The position numbers were made by a program, and so were the translations under genes. This document shows positions 10,282-21,074 of a stretch of DNA of 64,000 nt, one piece after another (the stretch's first letter is position 1; every line of letters starts with the position of its first letter). The DNA is from a virus. The notes below the pieces were generated by a model. That model did no database searches and was not told where the DNA came from. It saw only the letters and a list, made by a program, of their open reading frames with translations. The stretch is taken from IMG/VR virus record IMGVR_UViG_3300008108_000039, positions 103,480-167,479 of that record. One strand, given 5' to 3'.

Positions 10282-11232
10282 TTATTTATTTTCAGCATCT
10301 ATATTATCACGTCCATCATAATATTCATTTATTGCTTCATGAACCATTTCTTCAAGTTGTTTTTTAAATTTTTCAAATGAAGCACCTAAATTAACACCAG
10401 GACGAAATTCTTTTGGTTTTTCAACTTTTTTATCATCTTTTTTATCAGAAGATGGTTGAGGATTTGTTTCTTCTTTATTTTCCTTTATTTTCTTTTTTTC
10501 AACTTTAACTTTTTTCATTCCTCTAGCCTTATCAACAGCATTTTTTTCAGTATAAAATTTCATTTGGTGATCTTCAGGTTTTGAAGAATCCATTGTTTGC
10601 ATTTCATTTCCTGGTGTACCTGTTAATTTATAAATTGTATAATAAAATGAATCTTTTTTAAGATTTTTCATTACTATTTTAACAATTTCATCATATGATT
10701 TTTCAGGATGGCATTCATGTTCAATAGTAATACCATCTACTAATTCGTTAAAATTAACATTGGCTTTTTCATCAAATTGACCGTATTCTGTTTTTCCGTT
10801 AATATTTACAGATTTATTTATTGATTCACTAATTCCACCTTCAAAATCATCAAATTTAGTATATTTACCACTTTCTTCTTCTTCACCTTTTTTAATCATA
10901 TTATTAAATTCATCATCATTTTCAGGAAATATTTCAGAAGCAATAGCAATAGCTTCAGCTTGAGATAATCCCATTTCATCTTCTAAAGCAGCAACCGCAC
11001 TAATATAGTCCCCCATTTGTTTAGCTAATTCTTCAGCAGTAGCACGCATTGCTTCTTCAGGCCCCATTGACTCAACTAAAATTCCTTTGTTTTTAAGAAT
11101 TTTTATAGAATCATCAAATGATGTTACATTAGTAACATATTGAGGAAAAGTCATGCGAATATTTCTCATAAAATTCGCTTGGGATATTTTACCTTCTTTT
11201 AAATCGCGGTATTGGTTTGCTATACTTTTCAT
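10282..11232 (-). CDS. Hypothetical acidic protein, putative prohead core component
   Basis: 316-aa ORF in the portal-protease interval. Contains GITIEHEC/NLKKDSFYY and a C-terminal LEEMVHEAINE motif. Confidence 0.65.
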   Translation of the reverse strand: MKSIANQYRDLKEGKISQANFMRNIRMTFPQYVTNVTSFDDSIKILKNKGILVESMGPEEAMRATAEELAKQMGDYISAVAALEDEMGLSQAEAIAIASEIFPENDDEFNNMIKKGEEEESGKYTKFDDFEGGISESINKSVNINGKTEYGQFDEKANVNFNELVDGITIEHECHPEKSYDEIVKIVMKNLKKDSFYYTIYKLTGTPGNEMQTMDSSKPEDHQMKFYTEKNAVDKARGMKKVKVEKKKIKENKEETNPQPSSDKKDDKKVEKPKEFRPGVNLGASFEKFKKQLEEMVHEAINEYYDGRDNIDAENK

Positions 11233-11238
11233 GTTATT

Positions 11239-11367
11239 TTATTTTCCTTGTCCTCTATAATTTTTTTCAGTTCGGTCGTGTTTATTATAAGATTTTTGTG
11301 CTTTTCCTCTTTTACGTTTACCAAAAGATATTTTTTGGCTACTTCCTGCAGATTTAGATTTTGCCAT
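11239..11367 (-). CDS. Small basic protein (42 aa) ending in YRGQGK
   Basis: Not in the ORF track. Reads MAKSKSAGSSQKISFGKRKRGKAQKSYNKHDRTEKNYRGQGK; the ATG overlaps the upstream TAA. A YRGQG ending is recognisable from small proteins of T4-like phages. Confidence 0.75.
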   Translation of the reverse strand: MAKSKSAGSSQKISFGKRKRGKAQKSYNKHDRTEKNYRGQGK

Positions 11368-11909
11368 TATTGTTTAAGATTATTTACTTTATTATTTAAA
11401 TGATTTACCATCTCTGCTATTTGAGTAACTGCTTTTTCTGTTCTTCCCCAATATTTTACACCATCTCCTTCACTTAATTCTTGCTTCATGCGTTGGGTAT
11501 AATCAACAATACGATCAATTTCATTTAATTTACGCTTTACTTCACGCATTGCTTTATGAAGTTGTTCAGCTTTAGTTCTGTATTTAACTTCATTTTTAAA
11601 TTGTTTATATGTTGCTTCGTTTAGCAATTCTTGCTTAATAATATCTTGAATATTCATATGTTCTTTATATAGTTTGTAAGTTGGTTTTTTACCAAAAAAT
11701 GATTTATAGTCGTATACTTTAGAATCACTTGGCATCCCTTTAGGTACTCTTTTCATTCCTTCACCTTCAGAAGCTTTTGTAGCAGCGTTTGTTTTTTGTC
11801 CTTTTTTAGAGAACGCGTATGGAGTAGAATAACCAGGCACATTGGCTGTTGTAGATTCTTCATCTAACAATTCGCGAACAATTTGCTTTATATATTCTTT
11901 AATGTTCAC
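11367..11909 (-). CDS. Hypothetical putative internal head protein
   Basis: GTG start. Two leader-like motifs (IKEYIKQIVRELLDE, IQDIIKQELLNE) and a coiled-coil C-terminus. Confidence 0.7.
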   Translation of the reverse strand: MNIKEYIKQIVRELLDEESTTANVPGYSTPYAFSKKGQKTNAATKASEGEGMKRVPKGMPSDSKVYDYKSFFGKKPTYKLYKEHMNIQDIIKQELLNEATYKQFKNEVKYRTKAEQLHKAMREVKRKLNEIDRIVDYTQRMKQELSEGDGVKYWGRTEKAVTQIAEMVNHLNNKVNNLKQ

Positions 11910-12767
11910 CTATTTTACTGCTTTTAACTCATTAATTAATTGGTGAAACTGTAAAAGAGAAACAATATTCTCATCTTTTACATTTTGATTTTTATCTAAA
12001 GGTTGCAATAATGTAACTACCTCAGCTAATTTAATTTGAGTAGTTTTATCTGTTACAGTTTGAGCTAAATTATTTAAAGTTTTTTTAATTAAATTAAATT
12101 GCTCATTAACAAATTCTTTTAGTTTAGTAGTATTAGACACATTATTAATATATTCTTTCAATATTAATTTTTGAACATTAGATAAAACAGTATATTTTTC
12201 ATTAAATTTTTCTAACATTATTTTATAAGCTAAAATGCGGGTACCAGTGTCCATTTTACTATATTCTTCTAATACACGATCTTTAACACCTTCAACATTA
12301 ACTTCTTTACGAGTAATATGTTCTAGTAATGTTATCTTATTATCTATAATTTGAGAAGGTTCAATAAATTCTAATGATCCATGTGCTTCAATTAAATTAG
12401 ATACAGCAGCATATTGTGAATAGTTATTAATTTTTGCTTTAAAGAATACCTCAATATCGTAACTATTGCGAATTTCTTTAATCAAATTATATTTTTCTTT
12501 GCGTAAAGCCGTTTTATTTAAACGTGAAGATATTTCAAGTATTGATGTAATTAATAATTCTGCTTTACCTTCAGTTAATGCCTTGCTGGTTATAACAGCT
12601 TGGTATAATTTATGTTCTTTTGCTAGTTCAGTTTTATTAAAATATTTTTTAACAATGTTAATTGCTGCAGAATCTTTACCAGATACTGTATCAGATGCAA
12701 TCTGTCTAACTAAAAGTTCAAATAAAATACCAGTGTTTTTGTACTTTGAATGTTTTATTTTATTCAT
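11910..12767 (-). CDS. Hypothetical head-assembly-region protein
   Basis: 285-aa helical ORF directly after the portal, with a late-type motif upstream. Confidence 0.7.
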   Translation of the reverse strand: MNKIKHSKYKNTGILFELLVRQIASDTVSGKDSAAINIVKKYFNKTELAKEHKLYQAVITSKALTEGKAELLITSILEISSRLNKTALRKEKYNLIKEIRNSYDIEVFFKAKINNYSQYAAVSNLIEAHGSLEFIEPSQIIDNKITLLEHITRKEVNVEGVKDRVLEEYSKMDTGTRILAYKIMLEKFNEKYTVLSNVQKLILKEYINNVSNTTKLKEFVNEQFNLIKKTLNNLAQTVTDKTTQIKLAEVVTLLQPLDKNQNVKDENIVSLLQFHQLINELKAVK

Positions 12768-12808
12768 AATGTGTAGTAGTATGGCACTATCTATAAATAT
12801 GTTATTAT

Positions 12809-14692
12809 CTATAGTCCTTTAATATTATTTTCATTAAGTAGTGATGGTTCTTGATCAGGTCCAAATACAATTTCTTTTCTCATTTCTTTAGGTATAGAAC
12901 CTAATGAATTTTTTATTTTATAAGATTCAGCTATTGCTATTGGTGACCCACCTTTTGGTGTTCCTTCACCAGTTTCATTAGGAGTGGATAAAGTATTATT
13001 ACCAATTCTACCAGTTCTATCTTTACCTAATGGATCTTCTTGTGTATTAATAATAGATGCTTTTTCTTGAGGACGACCAATTGGACGTTTTTCATCATAT
13101 CCACCAGGTACTTCTCCATTTTGTCCCATTCTACCTTTACCATATAATGATGCTAAATCGTGTGGTGTACCATATGATTTACCTGTTCTAGCAGGATCAT
13201 TACCCTCATTTTCAATTTGACCTAATCTAAAGGCACGCATTTTATCTTGAATTACTAAATCACGGTATTCATCGTATTGATCTTCACTAAATTGGAATAC
13301 ATTATCATATATCCAATCTGATGGGAGTAAATTTGTATCTTGAATATTTTTTGCTAAATCAACCTTTTCTTTCCATAATGCTACTTTTTCTTGTTCAAAT
13401 ATAATTGAAGAATTAGTTAATTGTAATTCAAAATTAGTTAAAGAAGCACCATCATATCCTTGAACATATAAATGCACTAAAGCAATTTTATATAATTCAG
13501 ATAACATAATGCGTTGAATGCGTTCAACGGTACGAGCAAAGCGAATATCTTCAGCAGCTAATGTAGCTTTACCTTCAAGATCTTTTTCAAATCCAAAAAA
13601 TGCTTTAGGTACTTTTAATGCTGCTAACATTTCATCACGTAAAAAGTTAACATCATCTATAGCTTGATATTCTAATCCTTTTAATGTATCAATTTTAGTT
13701 GTACTATCATTACCACGAGTAGGTAAATAATAATCCTCCATCATATTCATTAGGTTATACTTTAAATTGTATTCACCTGTTTGATTATCTACATAAGGAG
13801 TTTTTTTCATTTTTTGCATTAACTTCTGCATATACCCATCAACTTCATTAGCGGGTATATTACCTACATTAACTGTAAATACACGTTTTTCTGGGGCGCG
13901 TACAATACGATGCAATAACATTGCATCTTTCATTAGTACATATTGTTTATATGTTTTACGAGCAGGTTCAATATATGATCTACCATAAGGTAAATAATTA
14001 GCATCTGTTATTAATCTAAAGTGAGCTATTTCATAATTTTCAAATGTAATTCTACCTTCTCTATCTGCTAAACGTGTACTTACACCACCAGATGCTATTA
14101 CTGATGGGTTAATTTTAAATGTTACTGAAGAAGGGTTATTAGGATCTTGACCTTCTTCACGTACCATATCATAAACGGATAATGGTGTTACACTATATAC
14201 TCCAAATTTTTCTGCAATTTCTAAATGTAAATAAAAATCTCCATATTTACACATATTGCGAGTCCAAACCCAAAGATTAAATTCAATATTTAAAATATCA
14301 TAAAATAAATTGTATAATATTCGTTGTATATTTTCATCTGAACTTTTAATTTGTAATACTTCTCCTACTTCATTTTTTAAAGTAGATTCATCTGCTATAA
14401 TATCTAAAGTAGAAGCAATAATTGACTCAGTATCCATAGCTTCATAATCAGTATATAACTGAAGACGAAGTGTTTGATAATTCATTGTAGGATTATATGG
14501 CATATTAGCGCCATAACGATGTAATTTAGTAAATCTATCAATTAAAGCATTTGTTTTAACATTGCCATAAGATTGAATGTTGTCTACATCTACAGTTTTT
14601 AATTGTTTACCTCCAACATTTCTTATAATAACATCTGTGTTAAATAAGCGAGATAATCTATCAAATAAACCGCTATTATTTTGTTCGGCCAT
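12809..14692 (-). CDS. gp20: Portal protein (T4 gp20-like)
   Basis: DYEAMD, YGRSYIE, HRIVRAPEKRVF, MMEDYYLP, ALKVP, EDIRFARTVERIQ. Confidence 0.97.
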   Translation of the reverse strand: MAEQNNSGLFDRLSRLFNTDVIIRNVGGKQLKTVDVDNIQSYGNVKTNALIDRFTKLHRYGANMPYNPTMNYQTLRLQLYTDYEAMDTESIIASTLDIIADESTLKNEVGEVLQIKSSDENIQRILYNLFYDILNIEFNLWVWTRNMCKYGDFYLHLEIAEKFGVYSVTPLSVYDMVREEGQDPNNPSSVTFKINPSVIASGGVSTRLADREGRITFENYEIAHFRLITDANYLPYGRSYIEPARKTYKQYVLMKDAMLLHRIVRAPEKRVFTVNVGNIPANEVDGYMQKLMQKMKKTPYVDNQTGEYNLKYNLMNMMEDYYLPTRGNDSTTKIDTLKGLEYQAIDDVNFLRDEMLAALKVPKAFFGFEKDLEGKATLAAEDIRFARTVERIQRIMLSELYKIALVHLYVQGYDGASLTNFELQLTNSSIIFEQEKVALWKEKVDLAKNIQDTNLLPSDWIYDNVFQFSEDQYDEYRDLVIQDKMRAFRLGQIENEGNDPARTGKSYGTPHDLASLYGKGRMGQNGEVPGGYDEKRPIGRPQEKASIINTQEDPLGKDRTGRIGNNTLSTPNETGEGTPKGGSPIAIAESYKIKNSLGSIPKEMRKEIVFGPDQEPSLLNENNIKGL

Positions 14693-14724
14693 TTTTATAT
14701 TTTATTATGATTATAAATATTTAT

Positions 14725-16311
14725 TTATCCTATTACCCATGTTAAATCTTCAATGTTGCCATTTCCTAAATCCATTTTATAAGGATTGTTAAAATTTGTA
14801 GGACCCGGCATTATTACTGCTGAAGTTTTAGTTATATTATTTATATTTTGACGAGTCATATTCATTCCTTGTTCATAAAATTTCATTGCTGTATCACGAG
14901 TAAATAATCCTATTCCTAATGACATTACTAAATCATCGTTATATCCATTTTGTGCTTGTGGTTTACCATTCATCCAAATAAATACTCTTAATTCTTCTAA
15001 TAATCGTTTTGAGTGAAAAATAAATTGTCTGTCTCTAATATACGCTTCTGTTTTGGAGACAACAAGAGGTCTTGTTTTAGCGGACATAGTAAAGCCAGGA
15101 ACTGTTTGCTCAGAATCCATTTTAGCCATCCATTTATCTATATGCATTTCTCCATAGACACGAGGTGAATAATATAAATTAGGATATTGTTTTTCTATAA
15201 TAGTGTTTATAACATCCCATCCTACACTTGCATTTTCAACTACAAGTAAAGCATTATTATATTCAGTAGCAACAGATACCAACATATTTCCATAAGTACG
15301 AGTATCAACTTGTGATTTATATTCAGCAACTTGTTCACACGTTGTTGCATCAATAATATGAAACGCTGAATAGTCCGAACCATCACCGCGAGCCACGTCA
15401 GCGCAAACCAAATACTGCTTATTATAATCAGGATACTGCCAAATCCAAAAATCGCCACCCATAAAACGACGTTCAATAGGATCTTGTATAAATGTTTGTT
15501 CATAAAAAGATAATGTGTCTGATTCAATAACAGAATTTCCAGAACCTAAAAAGTCACAGTCATACTCTTGAGCAAATTCTCGAGGAGACATGTTTGATCT
15601 TTCTGTTTTTTCCCATTCTTCATCTCTATCAGGATGTAAATTCCAAGGCAATCTAATTGCTTTAAAACCTTTACCTTCACCAGTTCCTGATTCAGCAGAT
15701 GTATACATTTTATGAAACCAATTACCAATTCCATTAGGAGAAGATAATGCAATAATTCCTCCCCCTGTTGCAATTGTAGGTTTAATACTTGTATAAATTT
15801 TATCAATTCCTTCAATAAAAGCAGCCTCATCTACTAATAGTAAAGATACAGCATAGGATCTACCTGCATCTGATGCTGCTGATGTTGCAATTATTTGAGA
15901 ATTATTAGCTAACTTTAAAGATAATTTATTATCTGATAATGGTTTTTCTTTACCTTTTAACCAAGAAGGTAAATTATTGTACATAAATTGTACTTTATCT
16001 ACCATCCCTTTAGCTGTTTCTTGTTTTGTTGCAATACAAAGTATAGTTTTATCTTTATTAAACAACATTGTCCATAAAGAAAATCCTGCAACTAAAGTAG
16101 ATATACCTAATTGGCGTGATTTATTAATAATAGAAAAACGATTATTTCTAAAATCATTTAATACTTCTTCCTGGAATGGGTATAAATGGAATAATATTCT
16201 TCCTTTTTGAGGGTGTGAAATGTAGCAATATTTGCGAAAGAAATGAACAGGATCCATGGCGCATTTGATATATTCCTGTTTGATTATTTCTTTAATATTA
16301 GTTTGTGTCAT
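14725..16311 (-). CDS. gp17: Terminase large subunit (T4 gp17-like)
   Basis: LYPFQ, KSRQLGIST Walker A, VDEAAF Walker B, SSPNG, QEYDCDF, DVARG and DDLVM nuclease motifs. Confidence 0.97.
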   Translation of the reverse strand: MTQTNIKEIIKQEYIKCAMDPVHFFRKYCYISHPQKGRILFHLYPFQEEVLNDFRNNRFSIINKSRQLGISTLVAGFSLWTMLFNKDKTILCIATKQETAKGMVDKVQFMYNNLPSWLKGKEKPLSDNKLSLKLANNSQIIATSAASDAGRSYAVSLLLVDEAAFIEGIDKIYTSIKPTIATGGGIIALSSPNGIGNWFHKMYTSAESGTGEGKGFKAIRLPWNLHPDRDEEWEKTERSNMSPREFAQEYDCDFLGSGNSVIESDTLSFYEQTFIQDPIERRFMGGDFWIWQYPDYNKQYLVCADVARGDGSDYSAFHIIDATTCEQVAEYKSQVDTRTYGNMLVSVATEYNNALLVVENASVGWDVINTIIEKQYPNLYYSPRVYGEMHIDKWMAKMDSEQTVPGFTMSAKTRPLVVSKTEAYIRDRQFIFHSKRLLEELRVFIWMNGKPQAQNGYNDDLVMSLGIGLFTRDTAMKFYEQGMNMTRQNINNITKTSAVIMPGPTNFNNPYKMDLGNGNIEDLTWVIG

Positions 16312-16325
16312 ATATATAAATATAC

Positions 16326-16355
16326 AAAAAAAGGTCTAACCTTGCGGTTAGACCT
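16326..16355 (-). terminator. Rho-independent terminator
   Basis: 10-bp stem AGGTCTAACC/GGTTAGACCT, 4-nt loop, U7 tract on the minus strand. Confidence 0.85.
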
Positions 16356-16376
16356 AATTTTCACGGGTGTGTTGGA

Positions 16377-16991
16377 TTATTTTAATTTAAGCTTCCAATA
16401 AGATGAAACACCATATACTACATTTCCATTATTGTTTAATCCTATAGTAGCACCAAATATTTGATCTTTTTTAGTTTTATATAATAAACCTGAATTTAGT
16501 TGGTTTATATTAGTTCTAGTAGCTTCTAATCCTCCACCTATATAGAGTTGACTAACAGGTTTATAAGGAATAGTTATAGTTTCTTTTATAACAGGATATT
16601 TAATATTTACTTCTGTAGATCTTCCTACAATAAGATTTTTCTGTACACTATCAGTTATTTTTACATACCCATTTGTATCAATTCGTAATGAATCTTTATG
16701 GATATTAATTGCAAGTAGTTGATTTACAACTTCTTGATATTGTTTAACTAATTTTCCATAGTTTGTATCTGGTGTATAATGATTTATAATAGTAGTGTCA
16801 TGTGAACCTATAGTAATAGTTTTAATTACTTGAGGTTTACTAATTATTAAAGAATCTTTAGTAACCCAAATTGTATCTCTCTTTACAGTAGGTAAAGAAG
16901 GAGTTGATTTTTCACAACCTCTTTGTAATAAGATAACTACTAAAAGAACTAAAACAACAAAACTTAAAAAATTATTTTTTATAAATTGCAT
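16377..16991 (-). CDS. Membrane-anchored protein, candidate spanin
   Basis: N-terminal hydrophobic helix followed by Cys (LLQRGC), an extended middle region, and C-terminal amphipathic beta strands ending YGVSSYWKLKLK. Confidence 0.5.
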   Translation of the reverse strand: MQFIKNNFLSFVVLVLLVVILLQRGCEKSTPSLPTVKRDTIWVTKDSLIISKPQVIKTITIGSHDTTIINHYTPDTNYGKLVKQYQEVVNQLLAINIHKDSLRIDTNGYVKITDSVQKNLIVGRSTEVNIKYPVIKETITIPYKPVSQLYIGGGLEATRTNINQLNSGLLYKTKKDQIFGATIGLNNNGNVVYGVSSYWKLKLK

Positions 16992-16996
16992 ATATT

Positions 16997-17986
16997 TTAT
17001 TTTATAATACCGGCATAGTATTGTAATTTATTTAATGTCCATTCATCTAAAGGTTCTTCTGTTTCTTCTTCAGGAGCAGCAGTTGGTGGTTCTGGTATTT
17101 CAACACCTGCTAATTTTTTAACATAATCACTACTAGCAACCAAGCTATTAATACGTTGTTCTAATGATGTTCTTAAAGCACGTAAACGCTGTAATTCTTC
17201 AGACGGTTTGTCTTTAATGTCACCTGCAGTGGCTTTTGATCTTTTTAATTTTAAAATATTAGATTTAGTAGCATTTAAACGGCGTTCTAATTCTCTATAT
17301 TGTGTAGCTGCTTTATAATCTTCATTAGATGCCTTTGAAGAAATAGGTTCTACTTTTTCAAGTTCATCTTCACCAGGTTCAACAAGATCCTCAGAACCAT
17401 CAGCATTTGGTTCACCATCAAAATACATTGCTAATGGATTTTCTGTACTACCCATAAACATATCTTCAGGTTCAGTAGCCTGACTAGGTGCTTCTTCACC
17501 AGGTTCTGGTATAGCTTCTACTTCACCACCTGCTCCTAATCTTACTACTACTCCAGCATCTAATAATCCATTTATAACAGCATTAGCTATTTGTGGGCGA
17601 ACAAAATTAAATTGTGTTTGAATATCCTTTTTCTCAGCCCCAGGATTTTCACGAATATAATTAATAATATCAGCTAATGATACTCCACTAATACGTTTAT
17701 TAGTATAAGGTTCAGTATTAATATTATTATCAGTTAGTCTATATCCTTTAGCTGTGCGAGCCATTTCTTCAATTTCTCCTTCAGCAACTTCTGCTCTACC
17801 AGAAGATATATCGTTTTTCTTAGATTGAAGTGCTTTTATTCTAGCATCTATTGCTTTTTTTTCAGCATCTTCAGCTGCTTTTTCAATAGAAGATTCTGAT
17901 TCTAATAATACTTCTTTTATAGCTTCGCGTATAATTTTACGTAATTCTTTACTTTTCATTTTATTGTCATTCAAATTGTTCATCAT
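16997..17986 (-). CDS. Hypothetical acidic protein, putative internal head protein
   Basis: Leader MKSKELRKIIREAIKEVLLE (probably the true start, about 17959), a possible winged-helix segment, and a C-terminal KLQYYAGIIK. Confidence 0.7.
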   Translation of the reverse strand: MMNNLNDNKMKSKELRKIIREAIKEVLLESESSIEKAAEDAEKKAIDARIKALQSKKNDISSGRAEVAEGEIEEMARTAKGYRLTDNNINTEPYTNKRISGVSLADIINYIRENPGAEKKDIQTQFNFVRPQIANAVINGLLDAGVVVRLGAGGEVEAIPEPGEEAPSQATEPEDMFMGSTENPLAMYFDGEPNADGSEDLVEPGEDELEKVEPISSKASNEDYKAATQYRELERRLNATKSNILKLKRSKATAGDIKDKPSEELQRLRALRTSLEQRINSLVASSDYVKKLAGVEIPEPPTAAPEEETEEPLDEWTLNKLQYYAGIIK

Positions 17987-17993
17987 ATAAATA

Positions 17994-18512
17994 TTAAATA
18001 TTTTGTAAAATTATAGCAATACGTTCATCAGTTGTACCTTCTACTTGAATTAATTTTTTAGGTTTATATTCTTTTAAAGCTTCTTGTATAGTCCAATCAA
18101 TCTTCATACGATAATTTAAATCAGTTTCACGAACTCCATTATCTTCCATATCAACCCCATTAGGAGATACATAAATTACTACATCATAATAATCACGAAG
18201 ATGCATAGCTGCCTCAACAAATGCACGTTTTTCCCATTCTCCTATTGACTTAGATGATAGTGTAAATGAACATACATCCCAAATAGTTCGATCTGTAATA
18301 ATATTAGGTTGTAATAATTCAGTAGCACGTTCTGCTAAAAATATAAATTGACCTGGTAATGTCGAATCAGTATTCAATGAAATACCTAGATTACTTAGGT
18401 ATTTACTTCGTTCAGTTTGTACGCTATGATCTTTAAATTGGTCTAATTCACCTAGTGCTTTAGCTAATGTAGTTTTACCTACACTCATAGTTCCTGTCAA
18501 TCCTATTTTCAT
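17994..18512 (-). CDS. P-loop kinase/ATPase (AAA_28 / NadR-like)
   Basis: MKIGLTGTMSVGKTTL, ITDRT.WD, EDNGVR. Confidence 0.8.
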   Translation of the reverse strand: MKIGLTGTMSVGKTTLAKALGELDQFKDHSVQTERSKYLSNLGISLNTDSTLPGQFIFLAERATELLQPNIITDRTIWDVCSFTLSSKSIGEWEKRAFVEAAMHLRDYYDVVIYVSPNGVDMEDNGVRETDLNYRMKIDWTIQEALKEYKPKKLIQVEGTTDERIAIILQNI

Positions 18513-18718
18513 TTCTTATTTCTATTGTTTATTTTCTTCATTTGACGTGCTATTTTCTTTTCTTGTTTTGCATCTTTAGCACGTTGTTTAATACGCTTTT
18601 CAGCTCCCGCTTTATATTTAATATCAACATTAATAGGACCTCTAATAAATTTATCTAAATCAAATGTCCAAGTTTCTGTTGTATCTTCATCTTCATATAT
18701 ACGAGTAAATTTTGCCAT
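18509..18718 (-). CDS. Hypothetical protein
   Basis: 69-aa ORF preceded by a class-II promoter motif and overlapping the next start (ATGA). Confidence 0.6.
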   Translation of the reverse strand: MAKFTRIYEDEDTTETWTFDLDKFIRGPINVDIKYKAGAEKRIKQRAKDAKQEKKIARQMKKINNRNKK

Positions 18719-18745
18719 AAAGTAAATGTATGAACTTTATTTTGA

Positions 18746-19003
18746 CTATACTCTGGCTCCTGCTGCCTTTCCTGCTGCAGTTTTGTAAAAGGGTACTCCG
18801 TTACCATCTTTTTTAAGATCTTCCCATTGTTCTTTAGTATATTTTATACCAAACAAATAATATTCAGCAGCTCGTTTATTACCTTGAGGAATAAGGGCTG
18901 CTGAATCCCAGTTATGGAATTTATTTTTCCCGTCTACATTAATGTAGTGTGCTATTGTTCCGTCTGCTAATTTAATTTTTCTTGTTCCCATTTGTATTTC
19001 CAT
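18746..19003 (-). CDS. Hypothetical protein
   Basis: 85-aa ORF with an HNWDSAAL...EYYLFGIKY motif. Confidence 0.65.
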   Translation of the reverse strand: MEIQMGTRKIKLADGTIAHYINVDGKNKFHNWDSAALIPQGNKRAAEYYLFGIKYTKEQWEDLKKDGNGVPFYKTAAGKAAGARV

Positions 19004-19046
19004 TTAAATTTTTTATATGTTTTTTGTCTGCTATTACAACATCTAA

Positions 19047-20351
19047 TTATATTTTCTTTAAAATACTTTCAGCTACATATATGGCTTGAGCACCGCTAAC
19101 TGTTATTCCCCTTGCTGACAATGCATCACCTACAAAGTGTACATTTGGATAAGTTGTTAATGATAAATCTTGATAGTTAACTAGTGGTTCTGGTGATAGA
19201 TATTTTACCTCAGGAATATACATTCCCCAATCATCACCAAATTCAAATACTTTATTCATTTGGTCGATGAAATCAATAATATATTGTGCATATTCACCAA
19301 ATGCTTCTTTAAAAATATCTAATGTATCTATTTGATAAGCTTCAACATTTATTCCTTCAGAAGTTTTACTTACTCCTCTACGTCTTTTAGGAGAATAATA
19401 TATTCCTCTACCTTCTATTGTGTTGAATTTTTGTACTACATCTCTACTCCATTCAAATGGATTATCAATACCTTTAATTTCCATTAGGATACCAAAGTTA
19501 GTCATATCGTTTCTAAATTCTTCACCTTTTTTCGCATGGCCATTGTACGTAATATCCCCATAAGTTTCCTCCACGGCCACGTAAGCGGCATTGTTATTAG
19601 TACAAAAACTACGTAAAGAAACATTATCGAATTTTTGATAGAGTTTAAAATCATAACTAACATCAATTAATTTTTGAAAATATTTTTGTGGTGCTTCAAA
19701 TCGAACACCAATTTGTACTGATTTAGGTTCATTAGGTAATTTATAGTCATCTGCTAGTTTTTGAGCGAAATCAATACCTGATTTACCTACTGCGAATATT
19801 AGGGTATCATATGATATACCATTAATGCTGTATTTTTCGTCTTCTGTATGTACAATATTATTATCAAATAATATGTTTATTACTTCCGTTTCCCATAAAA
19901 ATTTAACACCTTTATCAACTAAATAATCATACCAACGTTTTCCTATTTCATGTAAATAATCTGTACCAATATGGTATACTGGGAATAAACGTAGTCCAAA
20001 GTGAGGTTTGATGAAGTCTGGTTCTGCTTGTGGGTTTGAATACATTATCTTAGATGGATCAGGGTGAAAGCGTTTCCACATTTCAATAGATTGATCCATT
20101 AGATCATATGCCTTTTCTTCACCACAATACTTTGATAATTGACCACCAATTGATGTATGGTATGTAAGTTTGCCATCTGAGAAGCCTCCAGCTCCTGCAA
20201 ATCCGGTCATTACTTCTTCTGGTTTGCGAACATAAGGATCATTACCTTTATCTATAATGGTAATTAACTCACCAGGATAGCCATTGTCTACTAATTTGGT
20301 TGCAGCATTTATACCTGCAACTCCTGCTCCTACAATTACAATTTTTTTCAT
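19047..20351 (-). CDS. FAD-dependent oxidoreductase (COG2509-like)
   Basis: IVIVGAGVAG Rossmann motif, GFAGAGGFSDGKL, HIGTD, IGVRFE, RSFC, NGH, FVGD. Start moved to MKKIVIVG because the longer ORF crosses a hairpin. Confidence 0.85.
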   Translation of the reverse strand: MKKIVIVGAGVAGINAATKLVDNGYPGELITIIDKGNDPYVRKPEEVMTGFAGAGGFSDGKLTYHTSIGGQLSKYCGEEKAYDLMDQSIEMWKRFHPDPSKIMYSNPQAEPDFIKPHFGLRLFPVYHIGTDYLHEIGKRWYDYLVDKGVKFLWETEVINILFDNNIVHTEDEKYSINGISYDTLIFAVGKSGIDFAQKLADDYKLPNEPKSVQIGVRFEAPQKYFQKLIDVSYDFKLYQKFDNVSLRSFCTNNNAAYVAVEETYGDITYNGHAKKGEEFRNDMTNFGILMEIKGIDNPFEWSRDVVQKFNTIEGRGIYYSPKRRRGVSKTSEGINVEAYQIDTLDIFKEAFGEYAQYIIDFIDQMNKVFEFGDDWGMYIPEVKYLSPEPLVNYQDLSLTTYPNVHFVGDALSARGITVSGAQAIYVAESILKKI

Positions 20352-20395
20352 ATTATATAAAAATAATTTAATTTTTTTGATTTTCCAAATATAAG

Positions 20396-20420
20396 GTGGC
20401 CCACCTTTTGGGTGGGCCAC
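20396..20420. terminator. GC-rich intergenic hairpin, probable terminator
   Basis: Perfect 10-bp stem GTGGCCCACC/GGTGGGCCAC; the U-tract is weak. Confidence 0.6.
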
Positions 20421-20480
20421 TACTCCAATTTATTTTTTAGGCGAACAGGCAATGAATCTGTTCTATATGTTTATTTCATA

Positions 20481-21074
20481 TTAATCTCCAGTATATTTTG
20501 CTCCACTTGGAACATCATATCCACCACCAGGACCAAAACGACTTTGCCATGCTTGTTTATCAATTTCTTTTTCTTTTGGAGTTCTTTTATCTGCAGGAAA
20601 TTCTTTTGTAGGTTCTAATTTAATTGTATTTCCATCAATTAATATATCTGCAATTGGATCTTTTAAATCTAAATAATCAATTGTAGTATTTTCGTCTTTT
20701 AAAGTAATAGTACCAGACATTGTATTAATTTTCTGAATAGGTTTACCTTGTACAGTTACTGTTTGTCCTGCTTTTAAAGCAGCATCTACTTTTCTCATTA
20801 CTTGAGTATCATTTATTTCGTTTATAACTGATTTAGTTGAAATACCAGCTAATTGTTGCATTCTTTTAATTTCATCCATTGTTTGTTGATTTTTAATAAT
20901 ACTGTCGTATTGATTCATTGTTAATGTTTTTCCAGTTTTACTTAACTCTAAAATATTTTCAGCTACTGTATGTAAATCCATATCAGTTTTTGCATCTTCA
21001 CGAGCATATTCTAGTAAACGAATAAATAAAGGTACGTCTACTGTAATTTTATCTGTAGGGTTAAATTGTATCAT
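20481..21074 (-). CDS. Hypothetical putative internal head protein
   Basis: N-terminal DVPLFIRLLEYAREDAKTDMDLH domain and an internal RMQQLAGI motif. Confidence 0.7.
   Translation of the reverse strand: MIQFNPTDKITVDVPLFIRLLEYAREDAKTDMDLHTVAENILELSKTGKTLTMNQYDSIIKNQQTMDEIKRMQQLAGISTKSVINEINDTQVMRKVDAALKAGQTVTVQGKPIQKINTMSGTITLKDENTTIDYLDLKDPIADILIDGNTIKLEPTKEFPADKRTPKEKEIDKQAWQSRFGPGGGYDVPSGAKYTGD

Noticed and set aside
16270-16311. Terminase N-terminus NIKEIIKQEY resembling the second leader motif
   Set aside because: It is part of the usual gp17 N-terminal E..KC..DP..F helix and lacks the terminal L-x-E.
20352-20420. N-terminal extension of the oxidoreductase ORF given in the track
   Set aside because: It runs through a GC hairpin and a promoter-like region. 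The Rossmann motif starts at the Met at 20351.
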